Source: Alphaproteobacteria bacterium
GTDB taxonomy: Bacteria > Pseudomonadota > Alphaproteobacteria > CBCXTS01
NCBI GenBank assembly: GCA_965178085.1
Contig: CBCXTS010000005.1
Coordinates: 27,811-91,810, forward strand
Length of the DNA stretch: 64,000 bases
Direction of reading: 5' to 3'
Shown piece by piece: positions 37,077-47,073 of this stretch (positions are counted from its first letter, which is position 1; every line of letters begins with the position of its first letter). The position numbers and the translations under genes are program-made. The notes under the pieces were generated by a model, which worked only from the letters and a program-made list of their open reading frames with translations, searched no databases and had not been told where the DNA came from.

Positions 37077-37289
37077 TGATGTTGGTTTGTTTTAAGCTTG
37101 TATAGGTGAACATTTGTTGTTCAATTTTACTGTGCCTTGTTACGTTTTATTTTGGCTAGCCATTTGATGGCGTCCCAGCGTCCATCATGTACTAATACAA
37201 AACTGACTATATAGTATCGCGTATCAATAACATTTTTATATAAGCATAACAAGCTAGTTCAAGCATTTTTGTAAATATAAAATAAAATT

Positions 37290-37787
37290 TTATGTTTTTT
37301 TTATGTTTGTTGCAATAATCACCGCTGCACCTATGAAAATAAAAGCATCTGCGCAATTAAAAGCAGGCCAATGCCATCCTTGAACATAAAAGTCTATAAA
37401 ATCAACAACACCATCTCTAAATATGCGATCTACTATATTACCTAAAGCTCCACCCAATATAGACGCAAGGGCAAAGCGCTCCGTAGTATTTTTAGCTTTT
37501 AAAAGCCAAATAAAAACAAAAATAACAGCGCTAATAATCAACATAAAAACCACTACACTAGTTAGCGCATTTCCATTGTGGAATAACCCAAAGCTAATCC
37601 CTCTATTATAAACAAAAACGATATTTAAAAATGAAGTAATTGCAACTGATGTGTGGATAGGTGTGCTTAAAAAATACCATTCTATGATTAACTTACTGAA
37701 CTGATCAACCATCAGCAATAATATCACTATCATAAAAGCATATAGCTTTTCTTTTAGAACTGGTTTTGCAAATGGAACAAACATCAT
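37290..37787 (-). CDS. lspA: Lipoprotein signal peptidase (signal peptidase II)
   Basis: 165 aa, four TM segments, conserved NRGISFGLF, GNIVDRIFRDGVVDFIDF and FNCADAFI motifs. Immediately downstream of ileS (classic ileS-lspA pair). Confidence 0.9.
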   Translation of the reverse strand: MMFVPFAKPVLKEKLYAFMIVILLLMVDQFSKLIIEWYFLSTPIHTSVAITSFLNIVFVYNRGISFGLFHNGNALTSVVVFMLIISAVIFVFIWLLKAKNTTERFALASILGGALGNIVDRIFRDGVVDFIDFYVQGWHWPAFNCADAFIFIGAAVIIATNIKKT

Positions 37788-37794
37788 AAAATGG

Positions 37795-40659
37795 CTATGA
37801 TGTCACCACTTTTGTACAACGTATACAAAGATCTGGATGCTGCTCGACTGTCCCAATTTGCTCTACAATTTGCCAGCAGCGTGCGCATTTGTTACCCTTC
37901 GCACGTTTGGCAACAGCAACACAGCCTGCTATTTCGCCAATAGCAAAACCGTTTTCAGGTGCTACATCGCATAAATGGATTCCAGATGTTATTGTCATCA
38001 ATTGAATAAGATCAAGCCAGTGTTCTATATCTTTATGATCTTCTAGATATAAAAATATTTCACTTTCCAAAGATGCTCCAAGTATTTTTTGTTCTCGAGC
38101 TATTTCAATAGCCCCCAAGATAACACGACGTATTTGTGAGCATCTCTTCCATTTATCTGCAAGTTCATCATCTCTCCAATGGTCTGGTGATAGTATAAAG
38201 CTTTGTAAATGAATACTCTCAAAATTATTTTGTTGCTGGTTTGATAAACCTTCTGCTTCTCTATGGCGTATTTCCCAAGCCTCTTCTGCCGTAAAGCATA
38301 AAATAGGAGCAAGCCATCGGACCAAATGATTGAAAACTTCATTCAAAGTAAATAATGTTGCATTTCTTGTTGGACTATCATTGCTATCGCAATAGAGGCT
38401 ATCTTTGCGAATATCAAAATAAAAGGATGATAAATCATTAATACAAAAATCATGTATCATCTTGAATAAACGATGGAAGTCGTAAGAATAGCAATATTGC
38501 TCATACTCTTTGCCAAGCATATATAGACGATGCAATACCCAGCGCTCAGGTTCAGGCAAATTTTGCTCACTGACAAACTCTAGAGGGCTATCACTAAGAT
38601 TGCCTAGAAGCCATCGAAGACAATTTCTCAATCGACGATATGATTCACTATGTTGTTTTAAAGTATTGCTACCAATTGATAAATCATCACTATAATTGGA
38701 ACCTACAACCCAAAGTCTTAATATATCTGCTCCATGCTGCTTAACAATTTTTTCTGGAGTAACAATATTCCCTAGCGATTTAGACATTTTCTGCCCATCT
38801 TCAGCAAGAACAAATCCATGCGTTATAATGGCTTCATAAGGCGCTCTATTTCTAGTGGCGCAGCTTTCCAATAATGATGAATGAAACCATCCACGGTGTT
38901 GGTCTGAGCCTTCTAGATACAGATCGGCTGGCCATTGTAAATCTTCTCGCTCTTCTAAGACAAACGCATGGGATGAGCCAGAGTCAAACCAAACATCAAT
39001 GACATCATACACAGGCTGCCATCGACTTTGATCATGTTCTTTGCTTAAAAACCTGCGCGGATCTCCTTGAAACCAAACATCTGCCCCCCCTTGTGCAAAA
39101 GCATGTTCTATACGATCCATCACCGCACTGTCGCGTAAAACCTCACCAGTTTTAGGATCTTTAAAAATCGCAATAGGAACACCCCATACTCTTTGTCGTG
39201 ACAAACACCAATCAGGCCTCAGCTTAATCATATCGTAAAGGCGTTTTTTCCCTTGTTCTGGATAAAAAATTGTTTTGTTAACGGCTTCAAGTGCTTTATT
39301 GCGCAGATTGTCAGTTTCCATAGAAACAAACCATTGCTCTGTCGTTCTAAATATAAGCGGAGCTTTTGATCTCCACGAATGAGGATAAGAGTGTTTTATC
39401 CTATTGATGCAATATAATTTTGCTGTCTTTTTAAGCGCTTCTAGAATATGAGGTTCTGCTGTGCCTTTTTTGCCTTTTTCATCATAAACTGTTAACCCAG
39501 CAAATCCTGGAACATGCTCCATGAAACTGCCATCTTCAGCAACTGTTTCAACAAGCTCAATGTTATGGGCCAAACCTAGATCATAATCATCTCTCCCATG
39601 CCCTGGTGCAATATGCACAAAGCCGGTACCTAGTTCATCGCTGACAAAATCACCATGATAAACATTAACTGGAAAATCATAACCAATGCTAATCAGTGGA
39701 TGCTGGCAAACCATTTGCTCTATCTTATCGCCCTCAATGGTTTCCAAACGCTTCCAACCGTTATCATTAAGTTTGCAACGCATTGCAAACTCTGACCAAA
39801 GCTTATCTGCTAAAATCAAACAAGTTCCTGCAGCTATAAAACTTTCTGGATTGCAGAGACTGTCATCATTAATTTTATAAAGTCCATAGGAAAGATTACG
39901 ATGATAAGAGATTGCTCTATTTGCTGGTAGTGTCCAGGGTGTTGTTGTCCAAATTACAATGTGCGCCCCAATGTAATGCTGATGGCTAGCTTTGATAACC
40001 TCAAACCCTAAATCAAGCGCTGTAGATTGATGATCTTGATATTCTATCTCTGCTTCAGCTAATGCTGTGCGCTCTACAATCGACCATAAAACTGGCTTTT
40101 TACCAAGATAAATTTTACCATCTAATAAAAATTTTCCTATCTCTCTAACAATAAGCGCCTCAGACTTGAAATCCATTGTTTTATAAGGATTTTTCCAGTC
40201 ACCCATAACTCCAAGACGTTGAAACTCACTAATTTGAATATTAACCCACTTATCGGCAAATTTTCTACATTCTTGACGAAATTCATTGATTGGAAGATTA
40301 TCTTTATCAATTCCTTGATCTCTAAAGCGTTCTTCTATTTTCCATTCAATGGGTAAACCATGGCAATCCCAACCTGGAACATAATTGGCATCAAAGCCCA
40401 TCATTTGTCGCGAGCGGTTAATAATATCTTTTAAAATTTTATTCAAGGCGTGGCCTATATGCAAATGCCCATTCGCATAAGGTGGTCCATCATGCAGGAT
40501 ATATTTTTTTTTGTTTTTACGCGACTGCCGTAATTTACTCCAAAGATCCTCCTTTTGCCATTTTTCAAGAAAAAGCGGCTCTTTTTCAGGCAATCCTGCC
40601 CGCATAGGAAATTGCGTATTGGGTAAACGAACGCTATCTCTATAATCAATTGACATCAA
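37795..40659 (-). CDS. ileS: Isoleucine--tRNA ligase
   Basis: 954 aa, class I HIGH motif (PYANGHLHIGHALNK), KMSKS motif, C-terminal Zn-finger CARCW...CIRC. Confidence 0.95.
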   Translation of the reverse strand: MMSIDYRDSVRLPNTQFPMRAGLPEKEPLFLEKWQKEDLWSKLRQSRKNKKKYILHDGPPYANGHLHIGHALNKILKDIINRSRQMMGFDANYVPGWDCHGLPIEWKIEERFRDQGIDKDNLPINEFRQECRKFADKWVNIQISEFQRLGVMGDWKNPYKTMDFKSEALIVREIGKFLLDGKIYLGKKPVLWSIVERTALAEAEIEYQDHQSTALDLGFEVIKASHQHYIGAHIVIWTTTPWTLPANRAISYHRNLSYGLYKINDDSLCNPESFIAAGTCLILADKLWSEFAMRCKLNDNGWKRLETIEGDKIEQMVCQHPLISIGYDFPVNVYHGDFVSDELGTGFVHIAPGHGRDDYDLGLAHNIELVETVAEDGSFMEHVPGFAGLTVYDEKGKKGTAEPHILEALKKTAKLYCINRIKHSYPHSWRSKAPLIFRTTEQWFVSMETDNLRNKALEAVNKTIFYPEQGKKRLYDMIKLRPDWCLSRQRVWGVPIAIFKDPKTGEVLRDSAVMDRIEHAFAQGGADVWFQGDPRRFLSKEHDQSRWQPVYDVIDVWFDSGSSHAFVLEEREDLQWPADLYLEGSDQHRGWFHSSLLESCATRNRAPYEAIITHGFVLAEDGQKMSKSLGNIVTPEKIVKQHGADILRLWVVGSNYSDDLSIGSNTLKQHSESYRRLRNCLRWLLGNLSDSPLEFVSEQNLPEPERWVLHRLYMLGKEYEQYCYSYDFHRLFKMIHDFCINDLSSFYFDIRKDSLYCDSNDSPTRNATLFTLNEVFNHLVRWLAPILCFTAEEAWEIRHREAEGLSNQQQNNFESIHLQSFILSPDHWRDDELADKWKRCSQIRRVILGAIEIAREQKILGASLESEIFLYLEDHKDIEHWLDLIQLMTITSGIHLCDVAPENGFAIGEIAGCVAVAKRAKGNKCARCWQIVEQIGTVEQHPDLCIRCTKVVTS

Positions 40660-40858
40660 GTTGGACCTTTTTATGATAGTTTTATACCGTAAAATTTTGA
40701 TTTTTTACAAATGTTACTACTTTACAAATATTACTACAAAGTGACTAAACGGTATAGTTCTGTTTTAATTAGCTTATTTTGTTTATTTATCATATATATT
40801 TTGGATGCTGCATGTAGCTTTTCATCAGCGATGTTATATAATCAGCAACCAAGATGGT

Positions 40859-42115
40859 TTAAATCTTATGAATAAGGTTCATCTTTTCAAGGTCTATAAA
40901 TAGCTTTTTAGCTAGATCAAGATCATCAATAATATTAGCTTGCATAAAATTACTTAAACTGATGTTTGTTTTTTGTTTGCAAAGCCACTCCATGGCTCCT
41001 TGATACGCTGGAGGAATAGGCATCATTTTATCTGATCCTTCAATTTTTAGTGCCTTTCCGTGAAGCGTTTGCGTTATTGCAATGCCACGGTTGATTAAAC
41101 TCCATTCTACTTCTTTTGAGGCATCATCATTGTCATTGTCAACTTTAACAGGCATAGAAAACCCACCTCTTATATAGCGATATTCGCGCTGTTTTAAATG
41201 TATTTGCTTGGTCAATGCTGGATTTTTCAATGTTTTTGAGAGAGTATCTGCCAATGCATGCACATGCTGGCGAAGTCGTTGTTCACCAAAAATAGTCGCA
41301 GGTAAGTTTTTGCGAAACAACTCTTCTTTTACAAGCGCTTCATACAATGCGTCTACAACATCAAGACCTATAATGGATGTTAATCCAAAAGCAATATGCA
41401 CCGAATAATCATCATTGGTTAATGCATCATGATACCAACCACGTGGAATGTAAAGTATATCACCTGGTTCCATACATACTTGTGTATATTTCTTTCCTTT
41501 GGCGTGATCAATCTTGCCTTGGCTCCATCTTTTAAAATCGCTATGATTAATTGGATGACTTTCTCTATTTTGCCATAAATTCCATACTTTCTTTCCTATT
41601 AAATGCACTGCCAGTACATCATGTGTGTCACAATGAGAATCAAAGGCTTTGTGCCTTTTTGCAGAATAATAAAGATTGGATTGCGCCCTTGCATCAAAAC
41701 TATCTTCTAACATATCTGAAAATTCTCTCAAAGATGGTGTTAAGCTATCAATTCCATCCAATACTAAGCTGGCTCCCTTTTGGAGCCATTGCATGATCAT
41801 TTGAGGTTCGGGGATCATCTCAAAATTACTGCCAATGCGCATATGCGTATTGCCTGTCATAGGGCTTATACAATATTCTACAGGTGGAATGATTTGACGA
41901 TCAAGCACCAGCTTCATATTATTAGAATTCCAAATATGGCTCATATTACAAATTTCAGTCAATTGTTGCCAACTCATCAATTGACTGAAATAGTCCTTTT
42001 TCATTGTCGATGCTTTAATATGTAGCCATTTTTTGTCATAATATTGATTAAAAAACTGTTGTTTTTTTATAGGAGCTAATAAATCATCAAAGGTAAATAT
42101 TGTTTTATTTTTCAT
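40859..42115 (-). CDS. JmjC/cupin-4 domain 2-oxoglutarate/Fe(II)-dependent oxygenase-like protein (ribosomal-protein hydroxylase YcfD/RoxA-like)
   Basis: 418 aa. HxD...H candidate facial triad (DSHCDTHDVLAVHLIGKKVW ... YSVHIAFG) and cupin-like core (PGDILYIPRGWYH). Assigned by motif only. Confidence 0.5.
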   Translation of the reverse strand: MKNKTIFTFDDLLAPIKKQQFFNQYYDKKWLHIKASTMKKDYFSQLMSWQQLTEICNMSHIWNSNNMKLVLDRQIIPPVEYCISPMTGNTHMRIGSNFEMIPEPQMIMQWLQKGASLVLDGIDSLTPSLREFSDMLEDSFDARAQSNLYYSAKRHKAFDSHCDTHDVLAVHLIGKKVWNLWQNRESHPINHSDFKRWSQGKIDHAKGKKYTQVCMEPGDILYIPRGWYHDALTNDDYSVHIAFGLTSIIGLDVVDALYEALVKEELFRKNLPATIFGEQRLRQHVHALADTLSKTLKNPALTKQIHLKQREYRYIRGGFSMPVKVDNDNDDASKEVEWSLINRGIAITQTLHGKALKIEGSDKMMPIPPAYQGAMEWLCKQKTNISLSNFMQANIIDDLDLAKKLFIDLEKMNLIHKI

Positions 42116-42313
42116 ATTGTTATCTTATTTGACTATATCATGTGTTATGCTGGTTGAGCCTTGATCAAGGATGGATTTGTAACAGGTGTATTTATTTTAA
42201 TACCCTAAACATGTTGAATCAACTATAATAGATAATATGGTTTCTATTTTTGTCAATTTTAATTGATATTTGATATATAGCCTAACATATACTCATGGTA
42301 AGGATATCAGAAA

Positions 42314-43621
42314 ATGACCAAGCAACAAGACAATGATTTTGCAGTACTGCATCTTCAACAATCCAATCAAAAGATTACATTACCTATTTTACATGCACAA
42401 GAAGGACCTTCTGTTCTTGATGTTCGTAAGCTTTATGCACAAACAGGCTTATTTACTTATGATCCTAGCTTTTCTTCTACAGCATCTTGTAACAGCGCCA
42501 TTACGTTTATTGATGGTGATAAAGGCATTTTACGCCACCGCGGCTACGCTATTGAAAGCCTTGCAGAACACTCAGATTACATGGAAGTCTGTTATCTTTT
42601 GCTTAATGGAGAGCTCCCAAATCAAAAACAGAAAGATGACTTCATTGATACTGTCACTTATCATTCAATGCTACATGAGCAAATGTTGTTTTTTTACAAA
42701 GGCTTTCGTCGAGATGCACATCCAATGGCAATTATGGTTGCAGTTGTCGGTGCATTATCTGCTTTTTATCACGATACAACAGACATTACAGACTCAGCCC
42801 AAAGAATCCTTGCGTTCAATCGTGTTGTTTCAAAGATGCCGACCATTACTGCAATGGCATATAAATATTCAATTGGACAGCCTTTTGTCTATCCAGACAA
42901 CAATCTTTCCTATGCGGCAAATTTTCTACGGATGACTTTTTCTACTCCTTGTGAAGAATATATCGTGCAACCTGCTGTTGCAAAAGCAATGGATCAAATT
43001 TTTATTTTGCATGCCGATCATGAACAAAATGCTTCTACATCTACCGTCCGTATGGCTGGTTCAACTGGAGCAAATCCCTATGCCTGTATAGCTGCTGGAA
43101 TATCTTCTCTTTGGGGTCCTGCCCACGGTGGTGCCAATGAGGCTGTCTTAAGCATGCTCGATGAAATTGGTGATAAGAAAAATATTCCTCACTTTTTAGA
43201 GCGCGCAAAAAACAAAGATGATCCTTTCCGATTAATGGGTTTTGGTCATCGAGTTTACAAAAATTTTGACCCGCGTGCAGGTGTCTTAAAAAAATCCTGC
43301 TACGATGTGCTTGAAACACTCAAAATTAATGATCCAAAGCTTGAACTGGCAATTGAATTGGAACAAAGAGCACTTCAAGATCCATATTTTGTAGAACGTA
43401 AACTCTTTCCTAATGTTGATTTCTATTCTGGCATTATTTTGAAGGCAATTGGGTTTCCTACCAGTATGTTTACTGCTTTGTTTTCACTCGCACGCGCTGT
43501 TGGATGGATGTCGCAATGGAATGAAATGGTTGAAGATCCCCAAATGCGGATTGCACGCCCTAGACAGCTTTTTATAGGAGAAAAAAGCCGCCCATATCTC
43601 TCTATTGAAGATCGTCGCTAA
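42314..43621 (+). CDS. gltA: Citrate synthase (type II)
   Basis: 435 aa. Strongly conserved citrate synthase blocks ([45 protein letters not shown]). Confidence 0.95.
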   Translation: MTKQQDNDFAVLHLQQSNQKITLPILHAQEGPSVLDVRKLYAQTGLFTYDPSFSSTASCNSAITFIDGDKGILRHRGYAIESLAEHSDYMEVCYLLLNGELPNQKQKDDFIDTVTYHSMLHEQMLFFYKGFRRDAHPMAIMVAVVGALSAFYHDTTDITDSAQRILAFNRVVSKMPTITAMAYKYSIGQPFVYPDNNLSYAANFLRMTFSTPCEEYIVQPAVAKAMDQIFILHADHEQNASTSTVRMAGSTGANPYACIAAGISSLWGPAHGGANEAVLSMLDEIGDKKNIPHFLERAKNKDDPFRLMGFGHRVYKNFDPRAGVLKKSCYDVLETLKINDPKLELAIELEQRALQDPYFVERKLFPNVDFYSGIILKAIGFPTSMFTALFSLARAVGWMSQWNEMVEDPQMRIARPRQLFIGEKSRPYLSIEDRR

Positions 43622-43646
43622 ATTTAAAAACCCCATCAATCATCGC

Positions 43647-43676
43647 TCTATATTCAATGGAATCATTGAATATAGA
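43647..43676 (+). terminator. 13-bp perfect stem / 4-nt loop hairpin between gltA and tadA (possible terminator or attenuator; no U-tract)
   Basis: tctatattcaatg-gaat-cattgaatataga read directly from sequence. Confidence 0.3.
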
Positions 43677-43744
43677 ATGATTTAACACCCTAGCATATGG
43701 ATTAATATTCCATATCTAGAACATTAATATTATCTGGAGGTTTC

Positions 43745-44227
43745 ATGCATGCTTTTTTGCTTGATGCGCATGCAAGGCTAGCAATGGAGCATGCTTTTAA
43801 AGCTGCCGCGCAAGCATTGGTCCATGATGAAGTTCCTGTAGGCGCAGCCATCGTTGACTCCAATGGAGTTTTACTATCAAGCGCTTCAAATCAAATGCGT
43901 TCAACTTGTGATGCAACTGCACATGCTGAAGTTGTCGCTATTAGAAAGGCTTGCAAAAAAATACATTCTTCTCGCTTAGATGGATGTATCTTGGCCGTAA
44001 CGTTAGAACCCTGCATGATGTGTACTGGAGCTATTGAGCTTGCGCGCCTTCAATGTGTTTTAATTAGTGCTGAAGATACTAAAAAAGGCTGTATCTTAAA
44101 TGGAATTCATTATTTCAATACTAAAATAGCAACCCATAAACCTGAAATTATAGCAAATATAGAACCTCAAAAAAGCAATGATTTAATCAAAGATTTTTTT
44201 AAAAAGAAACGTACCCTAAAGCCTTAA
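43745..44227 (+). CDS. tadA: tRNA-specific adenosine deaminase
   Basis: 160 aa. CDA-fold zinc motifs HAE (TAHAEVVAI) and PCxxC (LEPCMMCTGA). Confidence 0.85.
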   Translation: MHAFLLDAHARLAMEHAFKAAAQALVHDEVPVGAAIVDSNGVLLSSASNQMRSTCDATAHAEVVAIRKACKKIHSSRLDGCILAVTLEPCMMCTGAIELARLQCVLISAEDTKKGCILNGIHYFNTKIATHKPEIIANIEPQKSNDLIKDFFKKKRTLKP

Positions 44228-44291
44228 AATCATGCACTCCCAATACACCATGATCAATAAATTATACGAATAATCAACATAATACAACCTA

Positions 44292-45122
44292 TTAGATTGA
44301 ATGGTCGCTGTTCAAGCAGATAATAGAAATTTGGCGCCCATAATCGTCTTCTGAGCGTTTTGTAGAACGACGAAAGCTAAAAAACCTTTCTTCATCTTCA
44401 TACGTATCGCAAGCAATTGCTTCAATTGCTTCAATTCCTGCTTTTTGTAAACGATGCATCAAATAACTACATATGTTGAAGAGATATTTATTGTGCTCAT
44501 CTGGCACAAAAAACTCTTTATTTGATGGGCTCTGTTGCATGAAAGACGCTAACAAATCTTGCCCAACTTGATAGCTTTTTTGAGCAATGTGAGGGCCAAT
44601 GGCGGCTATAATATCACCACGTATACTACCTTGTGCAACCATCAAGTCAATGCATGATTCTACAACCCCATTTAAAGCACCCCGCCAGCCTGCATGCACT
44701 GCTCCTATAATTTTTTGCTTTCCATCACACAATAATATTGGCACACAATCGGCTGTAAGAATACCAAGGGCAATCGATGCATCTTTGCACACCATTCCAT
44801 CGCAATGGGTTTGTATAATATTACCCTGTTCTGGTACCATGTCAGAAGTAACCAGCACAACATTATTTGAATGTACTTGATAAACACCTACAATTGGCGC
44901 TTGAAAAATCATACTTGCACGCTTGCGGTTTTCAATTACGTTACACCGATCATCTTGAGATCCAAGCCCCATGTTGGCACTAGACCAAATATCCGAACTA
45001 ACGCCACCCTTGCGCGTTAAAAATCCATGGCGAATATATTGAATATTTTTAAATATATTCGCTGTTATCATTGAAGCTTGCATATCATTCATTGCGCTTG
45101 TTAGGGTCTGTTTTAACAACAA
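44292..45122 (-). CDS. pgeF: YfiH/PgeF family (DUF152) purine nucleoside phosphorylase/peptidoglycan editing factor, 'laccase domain' protein
   Basis: 276 aa with the characteristic HAGWRG motif (AVHAGWRGALNGVVE) and conserved Cys/His positions. Confidence 0.75.
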   Translation of the reverse strand: MLLKQTLTSAMNDMQASMITANIFKNIQYIRHGFLTRKGGVSSDIWSSANMGLGSQDDRCNVIENRKRASMIFQAPIVGVYQVHSNNVVLVTSDMVPEQGNIIQTHCDGMVCKDASIALGILTADCVPILLCDGKQKIIGAVHAGWRGALNGVVESCIDLMVAQGSIRGDIIAAIGPHIAQKSYQVGQDLLASFMQQSPSNKEFFVPDEHNKYLFNICSYLMHRLQKAGIEAIEAIACDTYEDEERFFSFRRSTKRSEDDYGRQISIICLNSDHSI

Positions 45123-45142
45123 TAATTTCCTTTTATCTTAAA

Positions 45143-46264
45143 TCATTTAGTATTGCGTTTGTAACACAACACCTTAAATAAATTACCCATCATTGCAGGA
45201 TCAATCAGTCGATGATAACCACTTCTGATTGCAATGTTGTGCTGTTGGTTGCCTTGAGCAGCTACAAGTTGTTGCGCGCGCGCATCAATGCCATGTGCTT
45301 GCAAAAACGCTCTTTGTGTTTGTACATACTCAATATTAGCCCCCCCAGATTGCAACGACAATTCTAGAGTCTTAAAATTAACATGTGCTGACAAATCAAC
45401 ACTACCAGAATGGTTTAGCATATTGCAATATTGGTGCTCTTTTAGACCTTGCAACGTTTCTCCAAAAGCGTTTTCAATGTAACCATAATCTATAATTAAT
45501 CCATATCCTTGATGCTGTGCAACTCGCTTTCCAAGCTTCAATGCTATCTCTTGAGCCTTAGGACATATCTCTAAAATATCTCCTTCTTTGGGTGTTTGTA
45601 TGGGCAAATCTTTTTGATCGAGTTTTACGCCATTAGTACAAACAATTTTAAGTCTTCCAGTTTGGTCTAATTCTACCATTCGCTCCAACCACTGCCCTTT
45701 GATCCATTGTAGTTGATGTATTGGAAGGGCGTCAAAAAACTCATTGGCCAACACTAAACTAGCACCAGGGGGTATGGCATCGATATTATCAACCCATACC
45801 CCTTTAGAGTGAAAATGCTTTAATACTGGATTAAGGCGTTTTTTTTGCTGTTTTGCAAGTATAGGACTTGCCTCTACAAACCAAAACTCTAGCGCATTCA
45901 AAAATGTTGGCCATTTTTTTGCCACGTTCAAAAAATCAAGAACCATACTGGCTCTTCCAGGTCCTAATTCTATCAATTGTATCTGTGGAGGTTTATCCAT
46001 TTGTAGCCATGCATTAACAGCCCAAATACCTAACATTTCACCAAATAATTGGCTAATTTCTGGCGAAGTAGTAAAATCTCCTTTATTACCGATAATTTGT
46101 TTGTTTTGATAGTATCCATGTTTTTGATGAAAAAGACATTGCTGCATGTAACGTACAATATTCCATCTTCCATCGTAGCCTAATTCTTCTTGCAACCATA
46201 AAGGGGCAACTGTAAGCTCTTGTAAGTTTTGTTCTTTGAACATGTTTCTACGGGTCTTAATCAT
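45143..46264 (-). CDS. MidA/NDUFAF7-like class I SAM-dependent methyltransferase (DUF185)
   Basis: 373 aa. Signature GDFTTSPEISQLFGEMLGIW typical of the MidA/NDUFAF7 family. Confidence 0.75.
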   Translation of the reverse strand: MIKTRRNMFKEQNLQELTVAPLWLQEELGYDGRWNIVRYMQQCLFHQKHGYYQNKQIIGNKGDFTTSPEISQLFGEMLGIWAVNAWLQMDKPPQIQLIELGPGRASMVLDFLNVAKKWPTFLNALEFWFVEASPILAKQQKKRLNPVLKHFHSKGVWVDNIDAIPPGASLVLANEFFDALPIHQLQWIKGQWLERMVELDQTGRLKIVCTNGVKLDQKDLPIQTPKEGDILEICPKAQEIALKLGKRVAQHQGYGLIIDYGYIENAFGETLQGLKEHQYCNMLNHSGSVDLSAHVNFKTLELSLQSGGANIEYVQTQRAFLQAHGIDARAQQLVAAQGNQQHNIAIRSGYHRLIDPAMMGNLFKVLCYKRNTK

Positions 46265-46268
46265 ACAT

Positions 46269-47060
46269 CTATCGATAGCTTCTTTTAATGCACCATATTC
46301 CTACAATAACCATTGGTAAACTTAACCATTGTCCCCAACTCGTGGCAAAAGGAAGTTGATTCACTAGCACTTCTTGTTCTCTCCATATCTCTGAAATAAT
46401 GCGCATTACCCCATAGCTAAGAAGAAAAAACCCTGATATCCTTCCATATTGATGCAAAGTCTGCTTTTTTAACGCTAATAACCACAATAAGGCAAATAAA
46501 AGCGCCCCTTCAAGCCCTGCTTCATACAGCTGACTAGGATGTCTGGGTTGGCTGTCAACTCTTGGAAAAACTACTGCCCACCAAACATCACTGGGCTTAC
46601 CCCAAAGCTCTCCATTGATAAAGTTTGCAATTCTTCCTAAAAGCAAACCAATAGGGGCAACACATGCCACTATATCAGCCATGGCTAGAAAAGGTATTTT
46701 ATGGGCTCGTGTAAATAATAACATCCCAACAATCACGCTAACAACAGCGCCATGAAAAGACATGCCTCCTTCCCATATTTTAAATATATCTAGTGGTTTT
46801 GCAAAATAATAATCGGGATAATAAAACAATACATGTCCTAGCCTACCTCCAATGATCACTGACAAAACAATCCATATTAATATCTTTTCTAAATGCTCTT
46901 CTTTAACAGGATGGTTCTGTAGTCTTACCAGATATATTGCTGCTCGATGCCCAAGCAAAAATCCTCCAATATAAGCAAGCGAATACCAGCGTATAGCAAT
47001 TGGCCCAATTGTAAAAATGATAGGGTCTAAATCATGAATAAAATAATGTTCCATACGCAA
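46269..47060 (-). CDS. lgt: Prolipoprotein diacylglyceryl transferase
   Basis: 263 aa polytopic membrane protein with the Lgt signature (IIGGRLGHVLFYYPDYY) and conserved C-terminal block. Confidence 0.9.
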   Translation of the reverse strand: MRMEHYFIHDLDPIIFTIGPIAIRWYSLAYIGGFLLGHRAAIYLVRLQNHPVKEEHLEKILIWIVLSVIIGGRLGHVLFYYPDYYFAKPLDIFKIWEGGMSFHGAVVSVIVGMLLFTRAHKIPFLAMADIVACVAPIGLLLGRIANFINGELWGKPSDVWWAVVFPRVDSQPRHPSQLYEAGLEGALLFALLWLLALKKQTLHQYGRISGFFLLSYGVMRIISEIWREQEVLVNQLPFATSWGQWLSLPMVIVGIWCIKRSYR

Positions 47061-47073
47061 TGTCTTTATATAA

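Noticed and set aside
37140-37180. Apparent hairpin gatggcgtcccagcgtccatc downstream of lspA as a possible terminator
   Set aside because: On checking, the arms are not reverse complements beyond 5-6 nt, so it is not a convincing stem-loop.
42333-42935. 200-aa + strand ORF overlapping gltA in another frame, and antisense ORFs inside ileS, glcD, icd, serS and gcvT (for example 38100..38342, 51098..51316, 53175..53474, 57886..58158, 63338..63914)
   Set aside because: They lie fully inside high-confidence conserved genes in a different frame or strand and have low-complexity, Leu/Cys/Arg-rich composition typical of spurious ORFs.
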